Source: Cycas panzhihuaensis (Eukaryota > Plantae > Cycadophyta). Taken from it: DNA of 64,000 nucleotides. Positions 27,081 to 40,499 of the stretch are shown piece after piece; the stretch's first letter is position 1, and each line of letters opens with the position of its first letter. The DNA lies in the NCBI GenBank assembly GCA_023213395.1, contig CM041465.1:193819741-193883740 (forward strand). The letters are read 5' to 3'. The position numbers and the translations under genes are program-made. Below the pieces are notes generated by a model. It did no database searches, had not been told where the DNA came from, and worked only from the letters and a program-made list of their open reading frames with translations.

Positions 27081-29017
27081 TAGAATATCCATTTTTTATC
27101 TTATTAGTTACATTAGAAAGTGAATTTTGAGACAATAAAAAAGAGTGGTTGTAAGGCATATTTTAGAAATCAAATGATAGAGATATCAATTATTAAATTT
27201 AATAAAAATACTCTTAACCTCATAAAAGATGTATTTTATGATCTCTTTTAAGAAAACCTTTAGTATATTTTGATGTTTTCAAAGGCTCTTGATATGATGA
27301 TGATGTTATTATTGATAATTGAAGAATAAAAAAGGGAGTTCCATTTAAAGATAAATAACTTAGCACTCATTTATGATATTTAAAGGCTTATAATAGATGA
27401 AAAAATTATTAAGTAGAACATATTTTAAATGATATTAATATGAAAATATTTTGACATATATTAGATATAAAAAATCCCCTTAGAATTTTAACATTTGATT
27501 TAGTGAAATAAATATCACTAATCAAATTTCAATGATCACCTAGTTTGAATAACTATTTGAATGATTAAAGATACCTATTTTTTGAATGATGATGATGAAA
27601 CCACTTGATATCTTGATAAAGGCCCAAGTTTCATTATTTGATAGAGAGGTAAATTATTAATGAGAGAGATTGAGAATTCTATATATTTTATGAGATAAGG
27701 AAAAGTCTCATATATTGTTTGCTTGGTACACTAATTCAATTATTAAGATTATCTAGTTGATAGAAGAAATGCATTTGTGGATGATAAATTTGACTTACCA
27801 TATATGACAAGAGGCATGGAAACATGCTATTTATATTACCATATCATAACTAATATGTCTTGGCTAAATAATTTAGCCTATTACTAAAGTTAGTAATTTT
27901 TTTTTGATGATATTGATATTTTATTAATGGTTTCTAAAAGAAAGTTATAAGTGTACAAAAGGATCAATGAAGATAACACACAAGATATTTGCTTATATGC
28001 AAGAGGTAATATGAATAATGGTACTCTTGTATAATACATAGATTGTATTGTTAATATCATATACAAGAGGTGACATATTTTATGCTACTCTTATTTGCTA
28101 ATGAGCAACATATAGGAAGCACTTCCTATAAAACTAGTAACTATAGGATCTAGTTATATAGCTATTTTAGTAGATAGTTATTATTTTATATAGATATAAT
28201 TAATTATTTTTATTTTAAAGATTATTAAATACTTATTAATAGATGATATTTTATAACAACTTTACAGATGGAGATATGAAGATGTTCAGGAAAACACTTC
28301 ATATGTCAGTTGATGCTTGATAGATAAATGATAGTTATTCTATAGGTTGATTGTTTATAATTAGTTATTAATAATAATAAATAAATAATAATAAATAACT
28401 ATATATTTACTATAGTTAATTATAGGTATTATAGATTATTGATTATAGGATCTAAGCTTAATGGATGGTAAATTTATAGGTTACAAGTGATGATACATTG
28501 TACATCTTAATATAAATTTTAATATATCTTATAAATTCTAATAAAATGAAGTTATGAAGATTAAAGACTAAGGCTAAATACTTGAAGATGAAGATTTAAG
28601 ACATTAAACATTAAAGGAAAATAATGGAAAATATAATATTATTTGCACATATAATGTTTAGTATTAATGTTGTGAACCCACATACAATTCCACTCATCAG
28701 GTACATTAAGAGATATGATATAAACACATATCCATATACAAATATTATTGAATAGTATAAAGGTTCAATAGAAATAATAGGGTACTTATGAGGTGATTAT
28801 TGATATAAATATATACACATACCAATTGAGAACTTGAGAAAGGTCTATGGCCTAAAGATGTAATTATTCTAATATTTAAGATTAGCTCCCAACTCTATCC
28901 TTCTTCCTAATTTATTTCACATTAGATTTATATATATATAACTATTATCTATCTTATGGTACATGTCTGCTCTATTATATACTTTATGATTTATGTTTAT
29001 CTTGATATATTTAACTT

Positions 29018-29023
29018 ATATAT

Positions 29024-29101
<78 letters not shown>
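29018..29101. repeat. (TA)n(TG)n(TATG)n microsatellite
   Basis: Seen directly. Confidence 0.95.
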
Positions 29102-29118
29102 ATGATATGCATACATTA

Positions 29119-32100
29119 TGAAGGTTTGAAATAATGGAGATAGAGAGGAGCAGTAAGCAGCATTCAATCTATAATAGAGTAAGAGCATAAACCAAATCAC
29201 ATTTATAAAGCCATGCTTGAGAGCATTACAAATTTCCAAATAGTGGTGGTGTCAAAAAACACTAGAGTTTATCACCCCAAAAAATATATAGTTTGAGGGA
29301 GGAGGGAAACCTCCTCAACCTCTAAAATTCAAACAATATTAAAAAAATACTTAACTCAAGTCATGATTAACCTTACCTGACTTACCTTTACATGTGTCTG
29401 CTTATATATGCAAAAGGGGGGAGAGAGGTGATGATTATTAACCCCAACATTCTCCCCCTTAATAGTCATCATGATTATCTTCATTTGTCTTTGAATTTGT
29501 AGTACATGTATTTGAGGAAAACTTTGAAATAGTAATTAAATAAATGCCCTTTAACTTTGTCTTTATCTTCATTGATGTGATCATTAACTTATATCATTAT
29601 CTTTGCAAAGTAGTTTCCTTCAACATAGTATGGTTCAGGTGATCTCCAAGTAGGTGTGGCTTGCTTCAAATGGAGAAGAGTGGCTTCATCTTTTACTTTA
29701 TCTTCTTGATTCTTTATCTTATGAGAATTGATCAAGTTATAGGTATATACAACATAGTCAAATGCAATAATGCGATCATCCATTTGATTTGAGTTATCAA
29801 TATTAGCCTTTTCAACATAAAATACCTACTCTATCATTTGTCTCACATGTACAACATCATCAACATAGTTAAATTCATTTGACTCTAAGGTTTCTCCCTC
29901 ATAAATTTATTCTAGAGTATCCCAAATAGATTTGGATTTAGTTAACTTGCCAATATTAATGAATATCATCATTGATTATACTAAAAATTAATGATATGAC
30001 TTTATTATCCTTTATTAAGTTTTCTTTATAATTTTGTTCATCCTCTAGGTAACCACATTCAACAAATTTCCAAAGGTTATTTGCACTTAGAAATATTTTT
30101 AACAAGCCTTTCCAAATAAGAAAATTAGTTCCACCAAATGTGGGAATTAAAAAATCATCTAGATAAGTTATAAAACTTTTAGTTTATGAACTCAAATAAA
30201 TAGATGAAGGCCTTTAATAAATGAATAACATAAAGTAGTTAATAGATGCTTTTCAACAAATTCCAACATAAATCCTTTAATTAATGTAGGTAAGTAATGA
30301 GATCAAATGCATATCTTTTTAAGATAAATGCTTTCCTTTTGGATGAAACTAAATCAATCAATGATTTTATGCAAACCTTAAAAGTAAAGAGCTAAAGTGA
30401 GCCAAAGATAATTTGAAATATATATACTATCTTTTAGATGAATGCCTTCATAAAGTAATGAAAAATAACTTGATAATAAAGGAAAATGTATGGTTCAAGA
30501 ATATTGTTTGCAATCTAGCTTTCATGAGGGTTTAAATAAGCTTTGAAAAATAATGAAATGCTTTGAATGCTTATATGCAATAGAATGCACCTTGAAAATG
30601 CTTTGAAAGCTTGAAATAAAACCAATTAAACCTTCTCTATATAGATAAAATCATTAAGAGTAAATATGATCTCTTTTAAATCAAAGAAATATGTATATAT
30701 ACTTGAAAAATACATATGGAATAAATCTTAAGTAAATGGCTTCAAAGAGACAATAATTGGCCTAAAAATAGGCAATAACTGATCTTTAGGAGAGCTTTGA
30801 ATCAAATTTATAAGCTAAAAAATAAAATAAAAGCTTTAGATTAGGGTTATAGTGCACCAGTTTGACATTTTTGATTCAAAGAGGGGCTCCTTCTATTTAG
30901 GAGGCTAAAATGGAGCTTAATAGCCATAAAAACCCAATTGTAAGCTTTTAAAACAAGTAAGAGCTACCAATAATTGATTAGTATCTTAATAATAAATAAA
31001 TATGTTGAGTTAGAGTGAAACTTTTACTTGAAATATTTAATAATATGTCTACTTAGGAACAAATATGAGCCTCAATGTTAACCACTTTAAAGAGTTATAA
31101 GACAATTTTAGATTGAAGTAAAATTTATTCCAATGTGAAGAGTATTAAAAACTCTTTTTGACGAATTCAACTATTCAAAAAACAAGCTCCTAGAGCTCAA
31201 GATATTAATGAATGAGTGAGAGGACCCTTTTAAGAGATTAAAATGGAGCCACAGGGCTTAGATGCTACAAACTTTAGATTAAATCTTTGTATAATGATGT
31301 GGAAAAGGTCATATATAGATTAAAGATCCCTTAGTGTGTCTTAAGCTAAAGAAACTTAGAAAAAATACTTTAATATTACTAAAAAATAATGAACTAAGCT
31401 AAATATATTATCTCAACTTCACTAGCTTTGAAAACCTATAAAATACCTTCAAATTAGATAAAACATTATACCATCATGTAGAGGATTAAACTATATTTCC
31501 AACAAAATAGATGGTTTGGAAAACAGAGCTCGTATACAAGAGTTATTATAGAAAAGGTGAAAGGACCTTTTTACAGTTAACAAAGTAAATGCTGAATGAA
31601 GAGGTTACTTCAAATGATTAAATCTCAGTCAAATGGTTTCAAATATGACAAATGAGTAGTCCACAATATAGCTCTCTAAAAGATGAATGTGATGGACCTA
31701 GTTTCACTAAAAATTAACAAGCTGGAGAGAAGATACAATGGAAAAAGTGACAGTAACCTTTTGAGAAAAAATATAAATAAAATTTTAAAATTAAAAAGTG
31801 ACTAACCCTCTTAATACACAGGCTAATGGTTACATAGAGACCAATATGATCCCTAGTTGACTGAAGAAGGGTTCTAAGACCTCAAATATCATTAAAATAA
31901 ATTAATTCAAAGCTATAAAGTTTAACTTTATAAAACATTAATCAAAACATAAATAAATTTAAAAATAAAAAATGTGTAGAGGCTGTGCACACAGATAAAA
32001 ATTCATGGAGCTCATTTTATTTGTACACAACTCATATTATGACAAAATTTTAGAAAAGGCTAGATATCCATACTATAGAGTCACTTCTAAAATTTCATAA

Positions 32101-33204
32101 AGATCTGATGATCATAGAGAGAGAACAAAGTGATTCATCTCAAGAAGGCTGTAAAAGATATATAGATTGTGTAAAGGTCATACAACTTAGTGAGAGCCCA
32201 TAATACTTCAAAGATTACTTACTCTACTTTGTATTAGGTCTACACCACTATCATAAAAGGAACTAGATAAAAAATGAAGCCAAAATAAGTAAATAAGAAG
32301 TGAGGAAGAGGGGTTTTATTGCCAAAATGAGTAACAAAGCTTCTAAGAGGGAGATTTCTTCGTAGGAGCGATCAAATTTGAAACCGCTAAATTTGGTGTA
32401 GAGTTAACTTGAAGAGACTTGAAATGAATGGTCATTGGATAGGGTTTTGGTCATTGTAGAGAGTGCACTAGCCTGTAGAAGTTTAAGTATATAGAGAAAC
32501 TGTAAAAGAATAGTGAAAAAATAATAAAAACTTATAAAATATCAACCAAAACCTTAATATAATTTCTCCAAAGGACTGCTGGGTTGAATACACATGCTAT
32601 TACTACATAAATCCAAAGAAATACTAATTAAATAGAGTATACACACCAAAATTAGCTAAATATTTAATAAAACTATACAAAACTATTAATAAAACTTTAT
32701 AAAGTGATAAAATATTGAATGTTTTTACTTGCCATGAGTAGCTTTGATAGATTTCCTTTTCAAAAAATAATAGATCTTTGCTTGGTATTAAATGAAGCCA
32801 ACTTAAGAAGCTTTAAATGTAGTCCAGGCTCCAAAATGCTAAATGAAATTAAGATCTTGGTCCAATACCAAATGAAGGTTTGAAATCATAGAGATAGAGC
32901 AAAGCAGTAAGCAATATTCAATCTATTATAGAGTAAGAGCATGAACCAAATCACATTCATCAAGCCATGTTTGAGAGCATTACATATTTATAAACAGTGG
33001 TGGTGTAAAAAAATACTAGGGTTTGTCACCCTAGACAATATATAGTTTGAGGGAGAAGGGAAACCTCCTCAACCTCCAAAATTTAAATAATATTAAAAAA
33101 ATACCTAAACTCAAGTTACCATTAACCTTACTTGACTTACCTTCACATGTGTACGCTTACATATGTAAAAGGTGGGAGAAGGGTGATGAGCATTAACCTT
33201 AATA
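29119..33204 (-). mobile_element. Non-autonomous gag-only Copia element (TR-GAG-like) #2
   Basis: LTRs at 29119-29449 and 32873-33204. Perfect TSD catta/catta. PPT ttctccccctt at 29450-29460. PBS-like tccaatacca at 32861-32870. Gag remnant only. Confidence 0.9.
29790..30170 (-). pseudogene. gag: gag N-terminal half with the same non-canonical tail as element #1
   Basis: IPTFGGTNFLIWKGLLKIFLSANNLWKFVE...KSKSIWDTLE*IYEGETLESNEFNYVDD. Confidence 0.85.
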
Positions 33205-33310
33205 CATTACTCATGGAATAATTCATTAATTATATATGGTTATTATATTTTTTCTATCAATATTCACTATATCATAATATGGTATAAAACTTAAATTCTA
33301 AATTCTAATA

Positions 33311-33945
33311 TTTATAATATGGGATGCTAGTATTGATGAGTCCCCACTAACTCATCCATAAGAAAATTGATTCTATGGTCCTAACTCCTTTAACCCTCTT
33401 ACTTTGAACCTCCTTTCCCCATTTTCTAGATTAAGTTTGTTGTATAGGGTTATTTAGGAGTTAAGGTTAGGGTAAATTAATTTGACTTTAGGAGGATTGG
33501 TTATGTTATGTTAGGTATGTAGAAGTGACTACAATTGGGGACATACACCTTAGTGACACCCTTACACTCTAAGAGACTTTTTATTGAGTATTATTTAGTC
33601 CTTCTAAGGATACCTACTAATAGATAAATTGATATTATCTTTATGATTTTCAGTTAGGTTGTAATTTCCTCTTTAGACTATTTTTAGATATGTTTGCTTC
33701 TTTATTTGCTTTCTTACATTTCTTATTTAATTAGATAGAGCTTATATACTTTCTTTTAGATTTTTTTCCTTAGGCACACTATACTCACCTATACATTTCT
33801 CCTTAGCTTAGAATATAGTTAATTTTTTTGCCTACACTCATATCCACAAAATACATGGGTGTCTTATAGGAGTTATAAATTTATGCCTTATCCTCTTCCC
33901 TTCAGGTCTACTCATTGAGTTATATTATTTATCCTCCCTTCCAAT
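33311..33945 (+). mobile_element. Truncated or solo LTR fragment of the Tat0 family
   Basis: 33504-33945 is colinear with 1-465 and has no PBS after it. The left boundary is approximate. Confidence 0.65.
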
Positions 33946-36011
33946 AATCAATACTTTAATCTTTTTAAGATGTTATCATCATCCTATGTCCTTATCTAAT
34001 AAGATAAACCACTACCCATAAGGACTATTTGAGGTTATTTATTCTCTTCATTCATATATCATATCTATATCTTCCCTCTAATCTATAGTTAGATAATTCA
34101 CCTCATAGAAAGAGTATGTAGAAAGATTTCTTACTAGTAATTACATAAACTTTACACAATAAACTTAAGAAATAACCTAAATATTTTAACTTTGAGACCT
34201 TTAACTTAGAAAGCTTACTTCTAACTAAATTTAATGGTTAGTTTTTGTTAGCCCCCACCTACCAATACACACACACATATACACACACAAATATAATCTT
34301 GTTCTAATTTCCATAATAATATTAGTATGTTAATCATTATATTATAGAATAAGCAAGTGATATCTTAGTGATTTTATGTATTAATTTTATCTTACTATTA
34401 ATAGATTATATTTCTACTAGTTCATACTTCTAAAGATGAATGAAATCCCTAGTTAGTTTCCAAGCATAAGCTTAAGGAAAAAATTATGATTCTAAATGCA
34501 TTCCATAACTATTGCATTGCTAATTCACATGACCATGCTTTGATATATCAACAAATACATATCCATGTGTATTGCATAGGGAAGTGTTTCTATGTAAAGA
34601 TGAAGGATAGTTAGATGGATGTGTAGATGCAATAAATTTATGTAAATATTAAGGGTGTAAATATAAGGATGAAATTAAAGAGAAGTAGATTATAGTAGAC
34701 TAAAGAAAACATAAACCAAGTGTATGAATAAAAAAATTCATTTGTTAAAATACCTTATTTCATAGTATATATTTAAATAGATAAACCTTTAATATAATGA
34801 TAATGTATCTATTTTATTTATTATAGGTTAAAATACATTAAAATTCTATTAATAATTATTAAGCAATTTAAATCTACCATGATATAGTTAGACTTATTTA
34901 GATGTTTTATTTTTGAAAAGTATTTATCATTATCAAACATTATAAATCCTTTTATGACAGTTTAGAGTTTGATATACAATTAAGTTTTGGATGCATTCTA
35001 TATTTAAAAATTTCTTATAGCAGTCCCTTATCATTAAAACCATAAAATATTCTTATGAAGATATAAAAATTATAAAACTAATATAAAAAAATTTCATTGT
35101 GATATTTGTGGATTTAGTTGTTATTCAATTATAAATTGATTAAAAAATCAATGAACATAATATTAGATATATCCTTCATTTATCAATATGGCAAGCACTT
35201 GATTTGAATTCCTCCATGGAGTACAAGTTAGTGTATTGTTATTTTTTAAAACTTTGTTGATAATGCAATTATCAATAACTATTTATTTTCCTTTACTTTT
35301 AAAAATTTTGATCCATAATCTTTCTAAGGTTTTATATTTTTAATGTTTTCTTATATTCACTTAGCTCTAATTGGTGGGATAATTATTATTATTAAAGTTT
35401 GGTTAGAATCTATATATTAAGAAGCCAATTTTATTCTTTCTAGTGATAAAAGAGAAGTAATTAATTATTTCATTGTAAAATGATTTGGACTATATAAGTG
35501 TTATAAATCCAAAATTAAAATGGAAAGAAAATAGTTGAATTAAAAAAAAAAAAAAAAAAAAAAAACCATCATCAACTCCAAGTATGTCAAATAGAATAAA
35601 TTACAAATTAAAATAAACTCATAATTTAAACTCTAAAGAACAAGCCTTTATATAGTAGCTTATTTTGATTATTTAAATCAATTTTAATTCTCTTTGAAAT
35701 TAGTAATTTTTTCTTGGTTCATAAGAATGTAACCTTGCTTTAATTATTTTAATGCTTTTTAATTCCATTTGAAATCAATATTTTTTCTTTATATATGGGA
35801 ATATAACATGCCCTATCTTATTAAAAAATGGAGCTTTGTCCTTAAATCTCAAGTATAGGTGGATGATGCCTACATTAGAATTAATGTTTATGTCATGGAT
35901 CCTAGTACAAGTGATGAGGTGTAGGAATATTCGATGACATGTAAGGTTATCATTAAATGTGATGATATATGTCAAGGTAGTTATAAGTAATTATGGATTA
36001 TTACTGATCCC

Positions 36012-36013
<2 letters not shown>

Positions 36014-36063
<50 letters not shown>
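36014..36063. repeat. (TA)n microsatellite
   Basis: Seen directly. Confidence 0.95.
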
Positions 36064-36065
<2 letters not shown>

Positions 36066-36293
36066 CTTATATATTAGGCATCGAGTATTCTTAATAAACA
36101 AAAAAGTAATTAAAAGTAGACCAATTCTACATAACACTTTTGGTGTATTTGTATTTTGATCTTAGTCAATTTACTTACATTTAGTATTAGTCCAAATTGT
36201 AAGAAGCCAATTTTGAGGGATTTACAAGGTGCAGACGAAGTTTGAAAATGAATTTAAAGTGGCCTTCTTAAGCCAAGTATGTCATGGAAATTT

Positions 36294-39071
36294 TGTTAAA
36301 GTATAAACATAGATTGGAGAGAACTTGTTGTTTTCATTATGAGAGATGAACTCTCTCTCTCTCTCTCTATATATATATACATATATGTAATTATAACTAT
36401 CAGGTATCAGACTAACACATGGCACATACATGTTTATGCTACCTCAGTACGTGTCTAAGTGACACTTATCCTTTTTAGATAAAATATTATATTCTAATAC
36501 CCTTTCTTAATGTTTTATCTTTTCAATTCTATCTTGTCTCTCAAAATTTGAAATTTATCTTTGATAAGTGGATTTGTTAAGATGTAAGTAATTTGCTCAT
36601 TCATTAGAAAGTATGTCAGGTCTATTTCTTTATTTTGAACCTTTTATTAAATGAAGTGATTATGCACTTTAATATGCTTTGTTCAAGCATGGAGAACTAG
36701 ATTTCTAAACAACTTGATAACACTTTAATTGTCATAAAATAACATTGTTGATTCCTTTTGGTGTTGATCCAAATCTACTAGAAGTTGTCGTAATTAAACT
36801 ACTTCACATGTTGCATTGACTACAAATTTATATTCAACTTCTATGGAAGAGAGAGCAACTATAGGTTGCCTTTTGCTACTCTAGGAAATTGTTTTTGACC
36901 CAAGAAAGAAACAATATCTACTTATCAACTTCCTTTTTTTCTTGTCTCCTACCCAATCTAAGTCATAATATCCAATTAATTTATTTGATATAGAAAGTAT
37001 ATTACCAATTTTCTATACAACACCTTTTATTTTGACTACTATAGTTTTGATTCCTTTGATGTTTAGTAGGTACTTATCCCTTAACTCTATAGATTTATGA
37101 GAAGAGTAGGGTTTTAAGGATTAGAACCAATCTTCACATCCTATCATATGTCTTGATGCTTTTGAGTCAATGTACCATACCTCTTCATCCTCCAGACTAG
37201 TTGTGAGAGTAATAATGAATGTAGTTTCTTATTCATATTCATTATCTTACTCTTTACTATATTTTCCTATGGGATGTTTCCCTCTCTAGATTTTAGCCCT
37301 TCTTTGAGAACATTAATAGGGGTAATGCCCAGATTGGACACAGTGATAACAAAGATCAAAATCCCTATAACTACTTAAGAAGTACCCTAGTTTACCACAA
37401 TTAAAGCATGCACATACTTCTCTAGGTGGAATGTTGCATCCTTATCCTTGACTCTCTTATTGCCTTCTATGAGATGTGCTTCTAATATCTAGGCCTTATG
37501 CATGACTATGAACTTAACCTCTTCCTCTAGGTCTAAGATGAAGTTTGTTTACAAATGAATCTTCTACTTCTACTATATCTTCATAACACTTATTTCTTTA
37601 TTCTTGTCTTAGTAGTAAACTTATCAAAGTATCAAGCATCATAGTATTGGTCCAATCATTATTCGTTATTGTGTTGACTATGATATCAAAGGATTTTGGA
37701 AGTTTATTGACTATCATTTCTGTAATCTCCTACTTTGAGATGTATACTTTGATACTTAATAGGTCATTTCTGACTTAGATGACCTTATGGATGAATTCAA
37801 AAACTATTTTAATATCTTTCATGTATAACTTAAATAACTCTTCTTCTAGGGTAATGATTCTTACCTATTTTTTTTGGATATATATATTTTTAAACATCTT
37901 CCAAATTTCTTTTGAAGAATTTAGATTCTCAACATAAATGAGAAGAGGGTCAAAGACTAATAATTTTAACACTATCACTCTAGTATTGTCTTTTTCTTCC
38001 TAGTTGGTTTATGCAGTGCCAACAATAGCAAGTTTGGCTTTAGATCCAGTGGCTATACCCCAAGCATTTTTTACCCTTAATAGGGTTTCTACTTTAATTT
38101 TCTAGTCATGATAATTATTTTTAGTTGATTTATCTTGCTTATTTAGAGTTAGAATGGAAGAAGCGATCGTATAACTTTTAATGAGATAAAGAACAAACTC
38201 AAATCTAGACTAGAGAGTGACTATCTATATAACTATATAGATTTTTGTATAAAATTCAAGTGTATGGCTATTAAACAATAACTACCTCAAACTATAGTTC
38301 TTTTTTAGTACAATCCAAATATACAATTGGTTTGACAGATTCTTTCTAAATAGAAAGAAATTTCTTTCGAAACCCCTAGATGGGTGGCTAGGGTTTTATA
38401 AAAAGCTACTCAAATCATAAAAAATAACTAATAAATCTCTTCACAAAAGAACTTAATAGATTTGTATCAATAGTATAAAGATATTTTAGTGACTTTTACC
38501 TAGAGATAGAGTCATATGTTTTTAAAATTTGAGTTTTTCTTCTCAAACCTGTGCACCTAAAAAAGTACCAAAAACTCCTTAGAAATTGGCTCTAATGGAT
38601 TTGATGTAGAAGCGAGAAATGACGAGGATGATCAGATCTACAATCTAGGAAAGTTTAGAAAAAATATGAGCACTTTGGTTTTTCCTGGTCTGTACGACTA
38701 TACAGTTCCATATAATTACTTCTCTATCCCTCTTGAAGATGATCTTTATATCTTCTTATATTCTTCTTCAATTCTTGCTCCTCTTTATTGATTTGATCTA
38801 AGAATTAATCTCTTCTCCTAACTTGGCTTTCCTCAACTAGGACTTTCTCTATTAGATGGGCTTGATAACCTACTCTAACACCATGTTAAAGTATAAACAT
38901 AGATTAGAGAGAACTTGTTATTTTCATTATGAGAGATGAACTCTATATATACAAATATGTAATTATAACCATTAGGCAACTAATTGATGCATGGAACATA
39001 CATGTTTATATTACATCAATAAGTGTCTAAGTGACCCTTAGCCTTCTTAGATATAACACTATATTTTAATA
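36294..39071 (-). mobile_element. Internally deleted Copia (gag-PR joined to RNase H; INT and RT missing)
   Basis: LTRs at 36294-36499 and 38884-39071. PBS ctctaacacca at 38873-38883. Gag, then PR WYIDSKASRHM at ~37145-37177, then RH motifs (SSKRQPIVALSSIEVEYK) from ~36990. TSD is poor. Confidence 0.85.
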
Positions 39072-40257
39072 AAAATAATTTTAAAAACTGAGTACTATAT
39101 GGAAATTTATAAAGTGTTAAAAGTTTATATGCAGTAAATTTTATTTAGTAACTTTCAAAATTTTGTAGGGTTATTTTTATTCATTTACTATGAATAAAAA
39201 AAATTTAAAAGATATGCATTAATTTTTGTGGGGCAAAATTTTGTCTATGAGCATAATTTTTTTGAAACTTATAGAGGAAATTTTTAGGGTTCAGTTTTTT
39301 CAAAGTTAAATTTGTAGGGCACAAAGAAAATTCTTATGTGGTAGATCTCACCAAGCTTAATTATAATAATGTTTAAAATATAGTCAAATGAATCCCATAA
39401 CTATACTTCATTTTATCTATGTGAATAGTGGGTAAACAAAATTACTTAAAAACATAATTACCATGAGTAGTTTTTTGGAGGTATTCATGATTTGAAAAGC
39501 ATAAGTAAATGTGAAGGGATTTGAAACCCATAAGAGTTAATCTTTGAGATCTATGCGATATCCACTATTCTTGTGATCTAAACAAGAGATCATTGGGTTA
39601 TTCACAAAAAATACAATAGGTTTATTAGTAGCCAAAGTCAAAGGTTGGTCTTTATATAAACAAGTATATGCTAATAAAAAATAGTAGATGGGAAATGTAT
39701 GGAAGTTTGAGTTCAAACATAGTAGGGCTAATTTTCTATGATTTAGCAATGACATTAAATAAAGTTATATAGATGACACTATTAAATATAGAAATTCTTA
39801 CTAGGGCATGATAATCAAACAATTGAAGTTTATACAAACTAGATGAAACTAAATGAATAAGAACATGCCCACAATCACCAAAAAACATACATAGTTAAAG
39901 GAGATGTCTTATAAAAATTCTAAACCAAGATGAATTGATTCATAGATGAAGACAAAATTGATCAAATTCATAGAAGAGATTGAGAAAAATTGTTAAAAAG
40001 CTAAAAAATAAGTCATCATTTAAAAAATTTGAGAAACTTTAGCTAATTCCTCCCTCCCCCTTCACCCATTTTTCTAATGTTAATATATAGTTTTTAAGGG
40101 TTTATTGCAAGTCTCCTTTTTGATACCTCCCAGTCACATGGACTATTAGGATGCTATAGAAATTTCTAGTTTTTCTAATACACTAAATAAAAATTTAAAA
40201 GCATATATGAAAATTGATTCTTTATTACATGGTAATATTTTGACTCCCTATATGGTG

Positions 40258-40258
<1 letters not shown>

Positions 40259-40319
<61 letters not shown>
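40259..40319. repeat. (TA)n microsatellite
   Basis: Seen directly. Confidence 0.95.
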
Positions 40320-40321
<2 letters not shown>

Positions 40322-40499
40322 TAACACTTTATGTAGTGGCCAAAGACTTTGAAAAGTATACAAAATAATAAAATCTTAGTGTGTGGTAAGCCAAGGCTAT
40401 TTAATGCCCACTTTTATATGTGATTTTTAATTTTTTTTTGTGAATTTTAATGTTCTATATAAACATGCTACATGGAAAGCTATTTAATTATATCACCTA

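Larger units (their letters stand above)
28622..33310 (+). mobile_element. Old LTR (same family as 2407-2921) split by TR-GAG-like #2
   Basis: Purine tract aaaggaaaa before 28622. Homology to 2407-2921 on both sides of the insertion, ending tggtataaaacttaaattctaaattctaata. Confidence 0.6.

Noticed and set aside
27100-28000. Possible hAT transposase remnant (YIVCLVH*FN)
   Set aside because: Too decayed; no TIRs or second motif found.
28997-29239. ORFs with YIYIYI runs (also 35959-36159 and 40175-40363)
   Set aside because: Read-through of (TA)n microsatellites.
39700-39800. LAMTLNKV resembling the Pif1/Helitron helicase motif AMTINKSQG
   Set aside because: A single degenerate motif in AT-rich DNA with no other helicase motifs recognised.
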